In this document: positions 1 to 12,346 of the stretch, in pieces
How positions within the stretch are numbered: position 1 is the stretch's first letter
Layout of the letters: the number at the start of each line of letters is the position of its first letter
DNA from: Octopus vulgaris
Taxonomy: Eukaryota
Assembly (NCBI GenBank): GCA_951406725.2
Contig: OX597830.1
Location: 20,212,001 to 20,276,000, forward strand
Length of the DNA: 64,000 nucleotides
Direction: 5' to 3'
Notes under the pieces: model-generated
The model's database searches: none
The model's input: only the letters and a program-made list of their open reading frames with translations
What the model was told of the DNA's origin: nothing
Position numbers and translations under genes: made by a program

Positions 1-1459
1 CCATTTTCGATTGTCTCCTTCACGATATACCTGATTAGAACGACAAAAAAGATGGGCAAAAGAACACCACCCTGCTACACTCCATATACATATTCAAATC
101 CATTTGAAACTTGACCGTTTCTGCTTTCCTAGACAGTGTTTGTTCGATATAAAGCCCTTATTAAACTAACGTACTTTTCTGGTTAACCATAGCAACGTAG
201 CGCCTTGTAAACTGTAACCCTATTTATACAATCAAAGGCTTTCTTGAAGTCTACAAAAGTTATTAAAATCGACGGAACAAAAATAGTTACTACAACCTCA
301 AGATGGCCAGAAGCCTCTTTGCTCATCTCTTCGTATACTTTCCAATCCAATCTGCATCCAATTCAGATAACCAAGTTAAGAATTTTCAATATTGTGATAT
401 TCGGGTTTATAATACTCCAATTTCGACGCTCTGAACCCCAACCCCCACCTGCTCTTTTGCATATCATTCACTTCAGAACCCCTGAATCTTCAGGTATCCA
501 ATCATCCCTATATTATGAAACAGCTTCAATATTACTCCTGTAGTCACGTGCTCATCTACTTTTAGCATTTCTGCAATTCCTTCTAATCCAAAAGGCTTTC
601 CCTCTTTTTTTTTAATTGCTCAATGGATCTTGCAATTTCTTCGACAGATATTTCATGTACAACCATTTCCAATTCCTCTTTTGGTTCAGAAATTATCAGA
701 TCATTCCTCTCGTTAAACACCTTCTTCATGACTATTAAAACATTCTGTCCCTCTTTCTTGTACATTTATATCAGATGTTATTAGTCCCGTCATCACTACG
801 AAACTCAGGTATTCTTTTTGATCTCTTTACTTTGCCTGTAATCTCATTTATTATTTCATAAGCTTCCCTGCTCCCTCTACTGTCTCCCGTATTGAGTAAT
901 TTATCTCCTTCATCATCTTTCACTCCAAGAATCTTATTTTATCTCCCCTTGAACACCTTTTCACCTCACACTTGAGACTCCAATATTTAGCTATTTCCCT
1001 TTTAAGGTCCATCATATTCCCTCTCCAGCTTTCAACCATTTTATTTTTCTTCCTTTCGTGGCTCAATAACTTCTCATGTTTCATCCGAAATCCATTTCCT
1101 TCTTTTTATCTATCTTTTACTCAGAACACCTTTCGCAACATTCTGGTATACATCCTTTATATTCTTTCACGCATCATTGACGCTAACATCTTCATCTCTA
1201 GCTTCAAGCACCACAAATCGATACCGACATTCAATTACAAATTCATCTTTAATTCCATCATCTTTCAACTTCTCTCTATTAAACCTCGGTAAATCTCTTC
1301 CTTCTTTCCTTTAGGCCCCAGCTCTAACTGAATTGTCCCTATTACTAACTGATAGCCATTTCCGATATCTGCACCTTGATAGCTTCTTACAAACTAGCAA
1401 CGATTTCTTCGATTTCTTTGCCTTGCTGATTTATCAAAACGTAATCTATTTGATTACTA

Positions 1460-1502
<43 letters not shown>

Positions 1503-1504
1503 GC

Positions 1505-1580
<76 letters not shown>

Positions 1581-1583
1581 ATG

Positions 1584-1619
<36 letters not shown>

Positions 1620-1710
1620 TATATATATGTATAAATATATATATATGTATATGTTTAGGTATGCATATATATATGTATATGTATATGCATTTATATATAT
1701 GTATATGTGA

Positions 1711-1801
<91 letters not shown>

Positions 1802-1990
1802 TGTATGTACCGGGAGATTTCCAAGTATATTTATTTATAAATATATCCTTGTGTTTAAAAAGAGTACTTTCAATGATGAAATTGTCGGTTTCACGGAAGC
1901 CGATCAATTTTACACCATTTTCATTTAGCAATTCTCAAACCTGTGTCTGCTCGTCATTTATGTTCCATAGCTTCATTCCAACCGCCTGTT
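1..1990 (-). mobile_element. Decayed APE-type non-LTR retrotransposon (LINE) ORF2: endonuclease C-terminus to RT domain, with stops and frameshifts
   Basis: Minus-strand translation gives NENGVKL..F...[12 protein letters not shown]...YTWKSPG (1809-1931), SNQIDYVLI (~1432-1458), ITFVDFKKAFDCINR (~219-263) and GV*QGGVLLPIFF (~46-84). The element runs off the window start. Confidence 0.85.
1460..1807. repeat. Compound (CA)n/(TA)n/(TATG)n microsatellite inside the LINE endonuclease region
   Basis: Direct reading; it separates the TWKSPG and NQIDY motifs. Confidence 0.95.
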
Positions 1991-2279
1991 TTCACATGTA
2001 CATCACTAATTGCAATTTTCGTACGTTTTGCTGGTATACTATCACTTCTCTCTTGCAATAACTTGCAATAACTGATAACAAAAACCGTTCTCTTCGTCAG
2101 TTCCGTTATTATTACTGGCATAGCATCAATGTTAGTGGTATTGCGACTCTTCAGTCATTAGAAAGGGACCAATGACAGCACCGTGTGACGTTTGAAAGAT
2201 TAATTTAATATATTTCAATGTATTTTCCCTTCTCTTACCACATGACTATTTTTCTTTTAAATAATTGAAACCGGTGATA

Positions 2280-2829
2280 TGTATTGATAAAAATATATTC
2301 ATCGATGCTAGCGTCCAGGTCAGTAGTGAAGTTTATGTGGGAACGTTGCGTGAGAAAGTGTCACCGCTGATCACAGGAACGTTAGGTGACCGTTACATCT
2401 TCACTCAAGACGGGGCTCCGGCTCAGACATATACATTTTACACAGAAGTGGTGTGAAGAGCATTTCAAAAGTTTTTGGGACAAGACAATATAGCCTCTCT
2501 CAAGACCAGGCTTCTATGCCAAACACTTTGCTATTTGGTCTATTTTAAAGAATAATTTTTCTACTCACCCCTATTCAAATGTGTCAGATCTGAAGAAAGC
2601 CCTTCTGTCTTCTTGGGTCAATTGGATGAAAAGGTGGTACAGCGCTCATGCAACTCAGTGGCCACCTGTTTGCAGGCGATGATCAAGGAGAAAGGTGGTC
2701 ATTTTGAAATGTAATTACATTAGAAATAAATTTACATTATAACGTGTGTGCCAAACTTCGTTATCCTACCTTAAGTTTATTTTGAATAATTAAGAAATAT
2801 CAATGGGTAAATCTTTCTGACACACCCTG
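2280..2829 (+). mobile_element. Tc1/mariner (maT/DD37D-like) transposon 3' half with right TIR
   Basis: Translation gives YIFTQDGAPA, QKWCEEHFKSFWDK, FAIWSILK and AMIKEKGGHFEM*. The element ends ...ctttctgacacaccctg followed by TA at 2830-2831. Confidence 0.8.
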
Positions 2830-2854
2830 TATATATATGTGTGGGGGGGATATA

Positions 2855-2890
<36 letters not shown>

Positions 2891-2899
2891 CATGTATAA

Positions 2900-2936
<37 letters not shown>

Positions 2937-3034
2937 TATACATATATGTATATATATACATATATATGTGTGTGTATATATATATGCATGTATATATATA
3001 TATATATATATATAGGTATATACATATATATATG

Positions 3035-3068
<34 letters not shown>

Positions 3069-3350
3069 TATATGTATATATATACATATATATGTGTGTG
3101 TATATATGCATGTATATATATATATATATATACATATATATAGGTATATACATATATATATGTATATATATATATATATATATACATACATGTATATATA
3201 TACATATATATGTGTGTGTATATATATATGCATGTATATATATATATATACATATATATATATAGGTATATACATATATATATGTATATATATACATGTA
3301 TATATGTATATATATATATATATATATATGTATACATATATGTGTGTGTA
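2830..3350. repeat. Degenerate (TA)n/(CATA)n tract with higher-order ~120 bp repeats
   Basis: The marker tataggtatatacat recurs at ~3012, ~3139 and ~3261. Confidence 0.85.
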
Positions 3351-3526
3351 TGAGTATAAGATCCGATGATCATGCAAGTCCGAATCGCAGAAATTCCCCC
3401 TTGAATATATGCTATTCCACTCTGCTGAATAGTCTGAGCACCTCTTTCGATTCATTGCAGTTCACACCACAGTGGACCCATAATCGTCTGTAATAACGCT
3501 TGCGTTTGTGTGTGTGTGTCTGTGTA

Positions 3527-3602
<76 letters not shown>

Positions 3603-3948
3603 TGCATACACGTGTTTGCAAATCAAGAGAAAAGTATAACTATATTAAAAGCTCTATTTTCAAACTTCATAAGCGGAATAAATTATCCCTTGCGATGCTG
3701 AGGCTACTTTGTGTTACGAAACAAACATTTCATACGTGCTCTTGATTGCGTAACTGGTATTTATAGCACATAATATTTCACGAATGGTCAGCGATTGGAT
3801 GGAAAACAGGCTGCGATACTGGCATAGATATAATCGACTAACACCCTCTCACAAGAATTGGTGGCTCCAAGACAAAACTTGAAACAACGACAATAATTAT
3901 TACAACAACGACGACGACGATAATTACAATATATAAATATGTGTGTGA

Positions 3949-4014
<66 letters not shown>

Positions 4015-4018
4015 ATAT

Positions 4019-4258
4019 AAATTGTTATAATTATGAGTAGAATTATAATTAGGGCTCAGCAAAAAATTTGCTTCACCACATACCGAAAATTAGAAATGGC
4101 AGCCAGAAGTAGCTATTTGTCTACCATAGGAATAGCCCCCAGACAACATGGTAGAGAAATAGCTAGTTTTGGCTGCTATTTCTAAATTTCGGTATGTGGT
4201 GAAGCAAATTTTTTTGCTGAATCCTAATTATAATTATACTCATAATTATAAAAAAATT
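4019..4258. repeat. Imperfect long inverted repeat (arms ~110 bp, loop ~20 nt), probably a PLE-type palindromic remnant
   Basis: ttataattatgagta...cagcaaaaaatttgcttcaccacataccgaaa...tctaccat pairs with atggtaga...tttcggtatgtggtgaagcaaatttttttgctg...tactcataattataa. It abuts a (TA)n tract. Confidence 0.85.
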
Positions 4259-4351
4259 GTTTAAGTTTACCGATAATGGTTCTTTTAACATGCGGAACTA
4301 TTTGGTAAAATTATTAATTATTAATTAATTAATTTTACCCTTTATTATTAT

Positions 4352-4412
<61 letters not shown>

Positions 4413-4413
4413 A

Positions 4414-4448
<35 letters not shown>

Positions 4449-4555
4449 CATACGTATATACATACATATATATTTATATACAGTATATATATATATACAT
4501 CCATCCATATATATATATATAAATATATGTATATAGATATATAGATATATATATA

Positions 4556-5075
4556 GCCAAAAAAAGGCATTTTTCGTCTGTTTGGTTTTTCTCATTTGTC
4601 CTCTTGTTTGTTTGATTTCCCGTATTGGGTTCCCTTTTTATTTCTCTTCTTGTATTTTTTTGTACATGTATTTTTATCTTGTATTTTATTGTGTAGTTTT
4701 ATTGTTACATACTGTTTGCGTTCTTACCCGTTTTACCCCGCTGCTTCGAATTTTATTTTAATTCTCTCGCAGGAAGGCCTAGTTAACGAGTGTCCTGTCT
4801 TGCCTTCGAAACACGCCTGAGTTAACTAGCGACAGCTGATGACGGTGGATTTTTCCTTGTGTAGCATGTCCTGTACTTGTTTTCTTGTTGTAAAAAATTT
4901 TTGGATTTTTCCTTGTGTTGCCTGTCCTGTACTTGTCGTTAAATTTTTGTTTTTCCCGTTTCTACGTCTTGTTGTGGCGTCCTGTACTTACGTATATTTA
5001 TTTATATATGCATGTATATATACATGTAGATGTAGGTACGTACATATATGTTTGTATGTATGCATATATTTTTAA
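4556..5075 (+). mobile_element. Non-autonomous dispersed repeat in (TA)n carrying a permuted hammerhead-like motif (copy 1)
   Basis: Homologous to 24897-25235 (-): shared ttttacccc.ctgc..., ttc.cgc.ggaagg, ccttcgaaac, ctga.ga, ttttcc and the tail atatatgcatgtatatatac.tgtaga.gta.gtacgtacatatatg. Confidence 0.7.
4779..4848 (+). ncRNA. Candidate non-circularly permuted hammerhead ribozyme, predicted cleavage after GUC at 4794
   Basis: Order: GTGT-C, CTGTC, ttgccttc, GAA-ACAC ... GACAG, CTGATGA, cggtgg. Stem III ACAC/GTGT, stem I CTGTC/GACAG, extra helix ctagttaac/gttaactag. Confidence 0.6.
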
Positions 5076-5079
5076 TTAT

Positions 5080-5163
<84 letters not shown>

Positions 5164-5239
5164 GTATGTATATACATATATGTATATATATATCACCGTG
5201 ACCGACCAGGCTATCAGATGTTGCTACACATCGCTGGTC

Positions 5240-5290
<51 letters not shown>

Positions 5291-5310
5291 TAGATAGATA
5301 TATACAATAT

Positions 5311-5839
5311 CACTCGTAACTGTTACCTCCCGTGTTGTTTCTGCAGCTTTTTACAGCAGCACTGAAGTGTCCTCTCCAGTTTTGCGCAGGCCTGGGCTAT
5401 AGATAAGAAAGTCCTGGGTAGCCCAATCGTCAGGTTTCCTCTCTCGACCTTGCTGATGTAGTCCAGTGGAGTGCAGTGCATTACGTTTGGCACCAGCTTG
5501 GCACCAGCTTGCATCAACATTAGCGGTTGGGAGGCAGTCGCCGGCAACCGTGGAGAATGGCGACGTACAGTAAAAGAGGGTATACAGAGGAGTGATAGAA
5601 AGAGAGAGGAGAAATGGAAAGAAAGGAAGAGACATAAACAAGAGACCATGGCACTACAACCAGCCAGGAACAGTCTTCGCTACATTTGCAGTACCTGCCA
5701 GAGGGAGTGTTTGTCCAGGATAGGACTACACAGCCACAGCAAGAAATGTAACAGGAAATAAAATATAACAGCCGGACTAGACCTAGAAAAAAAAAATGCG
5801 CAACTCCATTGTCTCCCGAGACAGAAAGGATGCCAAACA
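5311..5839 (+). mobile_element. Internally deleted RTE-clade LINE (5' UTR fused to 3' end) with 11-bp TSD
   Basis: TSD atatacaatat at 5300-5310 and 5840-5850. The 3' part encodes WEAVAGNRGEWRRTVKEG...YICSTCQRECLSRIGLHSH (RTE C-terminal C2H2). The 5' part resembles RTE 5' UTRs (tcctctccag...gcctgggc...acgtttggcaccagctt). Confidence 0.8.
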
Positions 5840-5851
5840 ATATACAATATA

Positions 5852-6342
5852 TAAGAGGAGGTACCCAAAAGTAACCGGAAACGTTCTTTGTGGGGCAAGC
5901 CCGTTCTACTCCCGTCTTCCGCCGCTAAAAGCCACTCGATGCAAACCTCAGGCATTGGTCTGCCAACCGGCATCGTCGAATGACGTCATATTGCTACGTG
6001 AAACGTCTTTGTTTTGCAATATTTCTTCCCAGTTCGTCGATTTTTGCAATGGCTTAAATGAAAGAACTTAACGGGGTTTTTGGGGGGAGTCAGGGTGATA
6101 TTGAATGCTTCCAATGACTGGATTGTTGTTTCGATTCCAAAGCACCGGCTTTCGTCAACACCGGTGACCTTTGGTTCGGATCAACTTCGGACTGTTCTTC
6201 CAGTTTACAACACTCATACAGTCGCGACTGCTTTTGACCTTCCGTGAGCAAACGAGGCGCAAAAACTTTGTTGTAACTCTTTTTTCATTCATAATTCTTC
6301 ACTCAAAATTCGTTTGCAAGAACTCCAAGATACACTACTTAT
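5852..6342. mobile_element. Mariner transposon remnant: 5' TIR/leader on +, transposase fragment on -
   Basis: TA-aGAGGAGGTACCCAAAAGTAACCGGAA is a mariner-type TIR. The minus strand of ~6075-6340 gives VSWSSCKRILSEEL*MK..TKF.PRLLTEGQKQSR, a TG(D)ES-like motif and ESKQQSSHWKH, with frameshifts. Confidence 0.7.
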
Positions 6343-6360
6343 ATCTACAAGTTCGTCAAT

Positions 6361-6766
6361 AGGCGTAGGAGTGGCTGTGTGGTAAGTACATTGATTACGA
6401 ACCACATGGTTCCGGGTTTAGTCCCACTGCGTGGCACCTTGAGCAAGCGTCTTCTACTGTAGCCTCGGGCCGACCAAAGCCTTGTGAGTGGATTTGGTAG
6501 ACGGAAACTGAAAGAAGCCCGTGGTATATATGTATATATGTATGTATGTGTGTGAGTATATGTTTGTGTATCTGTGCTTGTCCTCCCAACATCGCTTGAC
6601 AACCGATGCTGGTGTGTTTACGTCCCCCATAACTTAGCGGTTCGGCAAAAAGAGACCGATAAAATAAGTACGAGGCTTACAAAGAATAAGTCCTGGAGTC
6701 GATTTGCTTGACTGAAGGCGGTACTCCAGCATGGCCACAGTCAAATGACTGAAACAAGTAAAAAAG
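6361..6766 (+). mobile_element. tRNA-derived SINE family A, full length
   Basis: A-box gtggctgtgtggtaag, B-box-like ggtttagtccc, body ...gacggaaactgaaagaagcccg, tail ...gactgaaacaagtaaaa. More than 10 related copies occur in the window. Confidence 0.9.
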
Positions 6767-6822
6767 TGTATATGCGCGCATACACACACACGCACACAAA
6801 CACACATATATATATATATGTA

Positions 6823-6869
<47 letters not shown>

Positions 6870-7153
6870 TCACACAAACACACACACACACACTCACACA
6901 CACATATATATATATAAAACCATTTGTGTCTTTCTGTATCGATTTCCTTGTATGCAAAAGATTTCAAAATTACAAACGAATTTGAATTTTTGGTAATAAA
7001 TCTATATCTATGATTATTACAGGAATTTATCATTAAGAATTTTAAAATTTAAAGAGTTGCTGTCACTACTGAGAAATTAAAAAATATACAACGCTAACTA
7101 CTACTGTTGCTGTTGCTGCTACTACAATTACAACAACAACAACAACAACAACA

Positions 7154-7202
<49 letters not shown>

Positions 7203-7205
<3 letters not shown>

Positions 7206-7500
7206 TTTTTTTATTGGCCACAAGGGCCGAACACAAAAACGAATAGAGACAATACAAGACAAGGGACAAGTAGAATGTTTGGCACAATGTCGAGTATACC
7301 ATAATTAACAAAAGCAACAATGAAAATTCCTTAAAAGGAAGAGATTCTCTCAGGGACACCCGAGGAACCCCACACATCCTGGTTACGCCGACCACCTGGT
7401 GCACCTCACCAGGTGCTTCTCTCCTCGACTTCTTTGGTTTACAAGCGAATGTTCACATAGACACAATATCTTCAATCAACAACCTCGTGATATTGCATGC
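7203..7500 (-). mobile_element. Probable non-LTR retrotransposon 3' end between (AAT)n tracts
   Basis: The minus strand ends ...gcccttgtggccaataaaaaaca then (TTA)n, with a pyrimidine-rich 3' UTR. Confidence 0.4.
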
Positions 7501-7511
7501 TGTGCAACGTC

Positions 7512-7570
<59 letters not shown>

Positions 7571-7587
7571 TGATAATAATAATGATG

Positions 7588-7654
<67 letters not shown>

Positions 7655-7953
7655 TGGGGGTTTGAATAATTCACCTCTGGAAACATGGGTGTTTCGTTCA
7701 ACGTCCTTAAACAACCCTTATTTAGGGACCTTTTGAGCGGGATGGGTTACTCGATCTGAAGAAAATTCTAACTGGGCTCCACCTGCAAGGTCATGTGCTG
7801 TTTATCTTGATATGAGATCACCATGTCGCGCACATATGGTTGTGATGCATGTGCCTGGTGTACCCTTATCAGACGGGTAGTCATGATGGGTATACTGGGC
7901 TTCGTATATTTTACCCCAGTGTCACTTTGATGGCATGCTCTGCTCGCTCACTC
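7655..7953 (+). mobile_element. Dispersed retroposon 3' end with (AAT)n tail
   Basis: A unique GC-richer block embedded in (AAT)n and ending ...ctcactc(aat)n. It resembles a recalled cephalopod repeat; not verified. Confidence 0.45.
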
Positions 7954-7994
<41 letters not shown>

Positions 7995-7999
7995 TGATG

Positions 8000-8062
<63 letters not shown>

Positions 8063-8089
8063 GTTACAAACTTTGGCGCGAGACCAGAG

Positions 8090-8210
8090 AGAAGAAGAAG
8101 AAGAAGAAGAAGAAGAAGAAGAAGAAGAAGAAGAAGAAGAAGAAGAAGAAGAAGAAGAAGAAGAAGAAGAAGAAGAAGAAGAAGAAGAAGACGACGACGA
8201 CGACGACGAC
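8090..8210. repeat. (GAA)n then (GAC)n microsatellite
   Basis: Direct reading. Confidence 0.95.
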
Positions 8211-9232
8211 GGAACAAAGAGGAGGAGACTGGAAAAAGACGCAAATTTTTATTTTGTCACACTTAATATCTCAGAAATGCCATCAAATAAAAATGTCGAC
8301 AGCTGCTGGCCGCGAGCAGCAAAAATGCTAGAATATCGTTTTGACGCAGTATAGATACTTTCTATTTCTTTATTATATCCGGTTCTGTAAACCGTACTCT
8401 GATTAACATGTTAATATTTCGACTTACTGTCTTGGTTCTACTTGGCACAGCCGGGTACGTTAACCAATCGGAAGTAATCTGCAGTTATTTCAAGGTGATG
8501 TCATAGCGATGGGATCAACCTTTTTCCCGAACTTTGCCAATTATTATGTGTCGCGTCCTTCAGTAAGAATCAAAGGCAGAGAAAATTAATAGAAAATAGG
8601 AAAGCTAAAAATAAAAGGAAAGAAAATATAAAGATAGTAATACGTAATAAAAGAAAACAAATATAAAAATCAAAAGCAAACAAGACAAAGTAAATATTTA
8701 CCATTGATTCTGTCTTATCCTTTCTAGATTTATCGTAATGAAGGTCATGCTATTGTGGAGCAGCTTGTAATGTCCTATATTATTTACACGTGTTTCGTCT
8801 GTTTGTATTCGCCAGTCAAGTATACAAGAAACTAATTTTCCCTTCGGTGATGACAAATTCTAGAATACTGATGCTAAGTGGAATATGACAGTAAATCATC
8901 GGTGTGTATAACCAGATAAGAAAACAAACGCGCAAGTTATTTGTCTGCTAGTAGCTACGTAAGTTCAAATTCAGACAAGGTCAAACTCTCTTCGTCGCAG
9001 ACGCAAATATGAACAGTAAACTAACATCTCTCAGTTAGCGTATGTACATATTCATTTATGAATGTATGTCTGTGTAATTGTGTGTGTTTGTGTATGTATG
9101 TGTCTAATATGTATATATACATACACATTCACACACAGTGACATATATTGACATATACATACACACATACATACATACATATATATATATGCATTATACG
9201 CATATATCTATAAATATATGAACATTATATAC

Positions 9233-9263
<31 letters not shown>

Positions 9264-9490
9264 TACACACACACAGAAATATAAGCATATATTAACATTT
9301 ACGTATATGTCTATATATAAAAAAAAATATTTATAAATATAACTTGTACACTGACACAAATATATTATGCATATGGGTGTGTGTGTGTGTGCGTATATAT
9401 ATACACACATATGTGTGTGTTTTTATCTGAGTATATGTATATATACGCATATATATATGTATATATATATGTGTGTATATATGTATATTT

Positions 9491-9529
<39 letters not shown>

Positions 9530-10029
9530 CGCATATATATACATATATATATATATGTATGTATGTATGCATATGTATTTGTATGTATATATAATATACA
9601 TACCTTTATATTGTAAGAGATTATTCCCTCTTCCTTCTTACTATCTGAGTTTCGTGTATGATGTTGGTCACGTAACTGATTTACGATACACATGACTGTT
9701 TATTCATAACATAAAATATGAAAACGAAACACACACTTACACATACATGCACACATACACATACACACGCAATCACACACTACCACTCACACACACACAC
9801 TACCACTCACACACACACACTACCACTCATGCGCACGCATGTCTTCGCAGACGCACTCCTTACATGGCCTTGTCACAAAATAAAGCTCTCACAAGAGGGC
9901 ATCGCAACACATACAGACAAGGCAGTTTCAATCGAGCGCAACGGCACTTTATGTCCAGCTTTCGATAGACAAGAAGGTCACGAGCAGGTAGGGCTCTAAA
10001 TATTTGAGTTTTAATCCCCCACTTCGTTA

Positions 10030-11070
10030 CATGAGGAATGTGGCCAGTCTCGCTCAGAAATGGGCTGGCAGACAGCTGTTTCTGAACGGCTGGGAGGAAG
10101 TGACTAATGCTTATATTGCCTCGATGATGTTCTACCACCTGACCGTCTTCCTTTGTCCCAAAAAACTTCTGTTCAGACTGGTGCACTTGCTTTTCCGCTT
10201 CTCGTGGAAGGGTCGAGTCCCGCTGATCAGAAAATCCGTCTACCAATACCCACTCCATGGTGGTCTTGGGATATCGCCTTTGATGATACTCCAGCACGCG
10301 ATGGTGTCAAAGACGATCACGAAAACAAGAGCGAACTTGTGTGGGTGTCTTTTTTAATGCGACACATCCTTTCGCAGCTGGTCTCCTTGACCGAGCTGTT
10401 ATCATGGGTCAATCGTTGGCTAAGACTTGCCGTTTGGCATTTATAATGTTGCCAGGTGCTTGCAGTATTGTAAGAGCTGAACAAAGCAGTTAGGGCGATA
10501 ACAACTCTAGTTTTCAATAGGGTTTAGTGACGATGGCATGGGATTCACAGTAGGTATAGACGAGAACAGTTGGAGACATCCTTTTTTTTTTCTGGATGAC
10601 CTTTAGTTTGGTGTCTATGAAGAATTCCTAGAAGTCCTTGTCATGGCAGTGTCACAGGAAGGAAGGAATTACCTATTCGAGAGACGCTTTTTTTGTTACG
10701 ACGGTATGTTGTGGTGTGACGAGCTGGCAGAAACGTTAGCGCGCCGGACGAAATGCTTAACGGTATTTCGTCTGCCGTTACGTTGTGGGTTCAAATTCCG
10801 CCAAGGTCGACTTTGCCTTTCATTCTTTCGGGGTCGATAAATTAAATACCAGTTACGCACTGGGGTCGATGTAATCGACTTAATACCTATGTCTGTCCTT
10901 GTTTGTCCCCTCTGTGTTTAGCCCCTTGTGGGTAATAAAGAAATAGGTATGTTGTGGTGTGTGAGATATTTGGCAGTTATTTCTTACAGTTAGACAGCCT
11001 ATGTAGAGATTCCGTTCACTCATGTTTCTTTTCTTTTTCTTTTGCTTTTTATTGTAAGTTTAATAAATAA
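10030..11070 (+). mobile_element. Tx1/L1-like LINE ORF2 remnant (post-RT region to 3' end), interrupted by a SINE
   Basis: NAYIASMMFYHLTV...LLFRFSWKGRVPLIRKSVYQYPLHGGLG matches the L1/Tx1 F.W...P..GGLG motif. A T-rich tail with aataaa ends at ~11070. Confidence 0.7.
10719..10945 (+). mobile_element. tRNA-derived SINE family B (Deu/Nin-like central domain) with 16-bp TSD
   Basis: B-box ggttcaaattcc and central gcctttcattctttcggggtcgataaattaaatacc. TSD ggtatgttgtggtgtg at 10703-10718 and 10946-10961. Confidence 0.85.
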
Positions 11071-11277
11071 GTCAGCTCGTCTCACTCTGTGGGATAAAAA
11101 AGTCCTCAGAGTACCACCTGGTACTCGCTCCACAATATGACCAACACGCTAACAACGCACCACACCTGGATTTAAGAAAGATGTTTGGAACAACGTGAAA
11201 GAGAAGTGCGAAAGCACGAGGGGAATAGAACAAATGCTGTGGCCAGCGGAGCCGACTTAATGCCAGACAGCTCGGTC

Positions 11278-11322
11278 GATCCAGGTGATCCAGGTGATCC
11301 AGGTGATCCAGGTTATCCAGGT
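11278..11322. repeat. 9-bp tandem repeat (gatccaggt) x5
   Basis: Direct reading. Confidence 0.9.
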
Positions 11323-12239
11323 GTGGTTCGTTATTAGCGTGTTGGTCATATTGTGTGGAAGGGTGTGTCGGTTGAAATCGCATGCAGTATTTCGTAAACT
11401 AAAGCGGGCGGGGGGGGGGGTCTCCATGTGACCGCGGACCATGCTGGAAATTGCAGTAAAATCTCCCTTCAGCTACATCCTATCGCTTTATAAAAAGGAA
11501 AAGGGGATCTATGTATCCAAAGTAATATAGTTTTACATACATTATAGCTTAATATAAACTGAATGAAAGTTTTAAAGAAAGAAACATGATGTAGAGAATA
11601 AATGAATAAACGAATGAAAAACTAGAGAACAAAAATTTGTGAAAGAAAAAAAGAAAGATAGAATACAGGAAGAGAGAGAGAGGGGAGAGGGAGAGAGAAA
11701 AAGAAACAGGAAGGAAGAAAAACTGAAGCAATTTCAGGAGTTATCTTGTATTTACTGGCATATAAGACACGCTATTTTAATTTTAAATGTATTAACAAAT
11801 TGTCCTGCGTATAATACAACCGTACTATAGATGGGAGATCGAGCGTTGAAGGATAGCACAAATTCATGGAAAACTGCTTACTGTATGTCAGCGCCGGCAG
11901 TTACGTGAGAAAGTTACATAATCTCCCTATATCTCTCTCCTTCCCCAGCATAGATAATCCACACCTAATTTATGTCTTACATTATCTAATGACTGTATTA
12001 CCTTTAAGAAACATTCTTTTTTTAAATGGTCAGACTGAAAAATTCTTCTAGAAAAATTTAGGGAATTTTAACACCTTTTCATCCGTCCGCCAGCTATTTG
12101 CAATGAGTAGATGACTACAAAAACATAGCATTGGTGCAGAACCCTGGTGGTCGATCACGCTTACAGAGAATATCACAGAGAAGCGAGCTTCGCATCGTGT
12201 ATGGCTATTCTCTTCACCAAACTAAAAACAACTATTCAG

Positions 12240-12346
12240 TTGACACCATCGCGTGCTGGAGTATCATCAAAGACGACACCCCAAGACCACCATGGAGTGG
12301 GTATTAGTTGACGGATTTTCTGATCAGCGAGACTCGACTCTTCCAC
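12240..12346 (-). mobile_element. Inverted ~105-bp copy of the Tx1-like segment at 10204-10310
   Basis: tgacaccatcgcgtgctggagtatcatcaaag...gactcgactcttccac is the reverse complement of 10204-10309 with few changes. Confidence 0.8.

Noticed and set aside
7680-7765. GAAAC...CTGAAGA in the (AAT)n-tailed repeat
   Set aside because: I could not build consistent stems I-III around the motifs.
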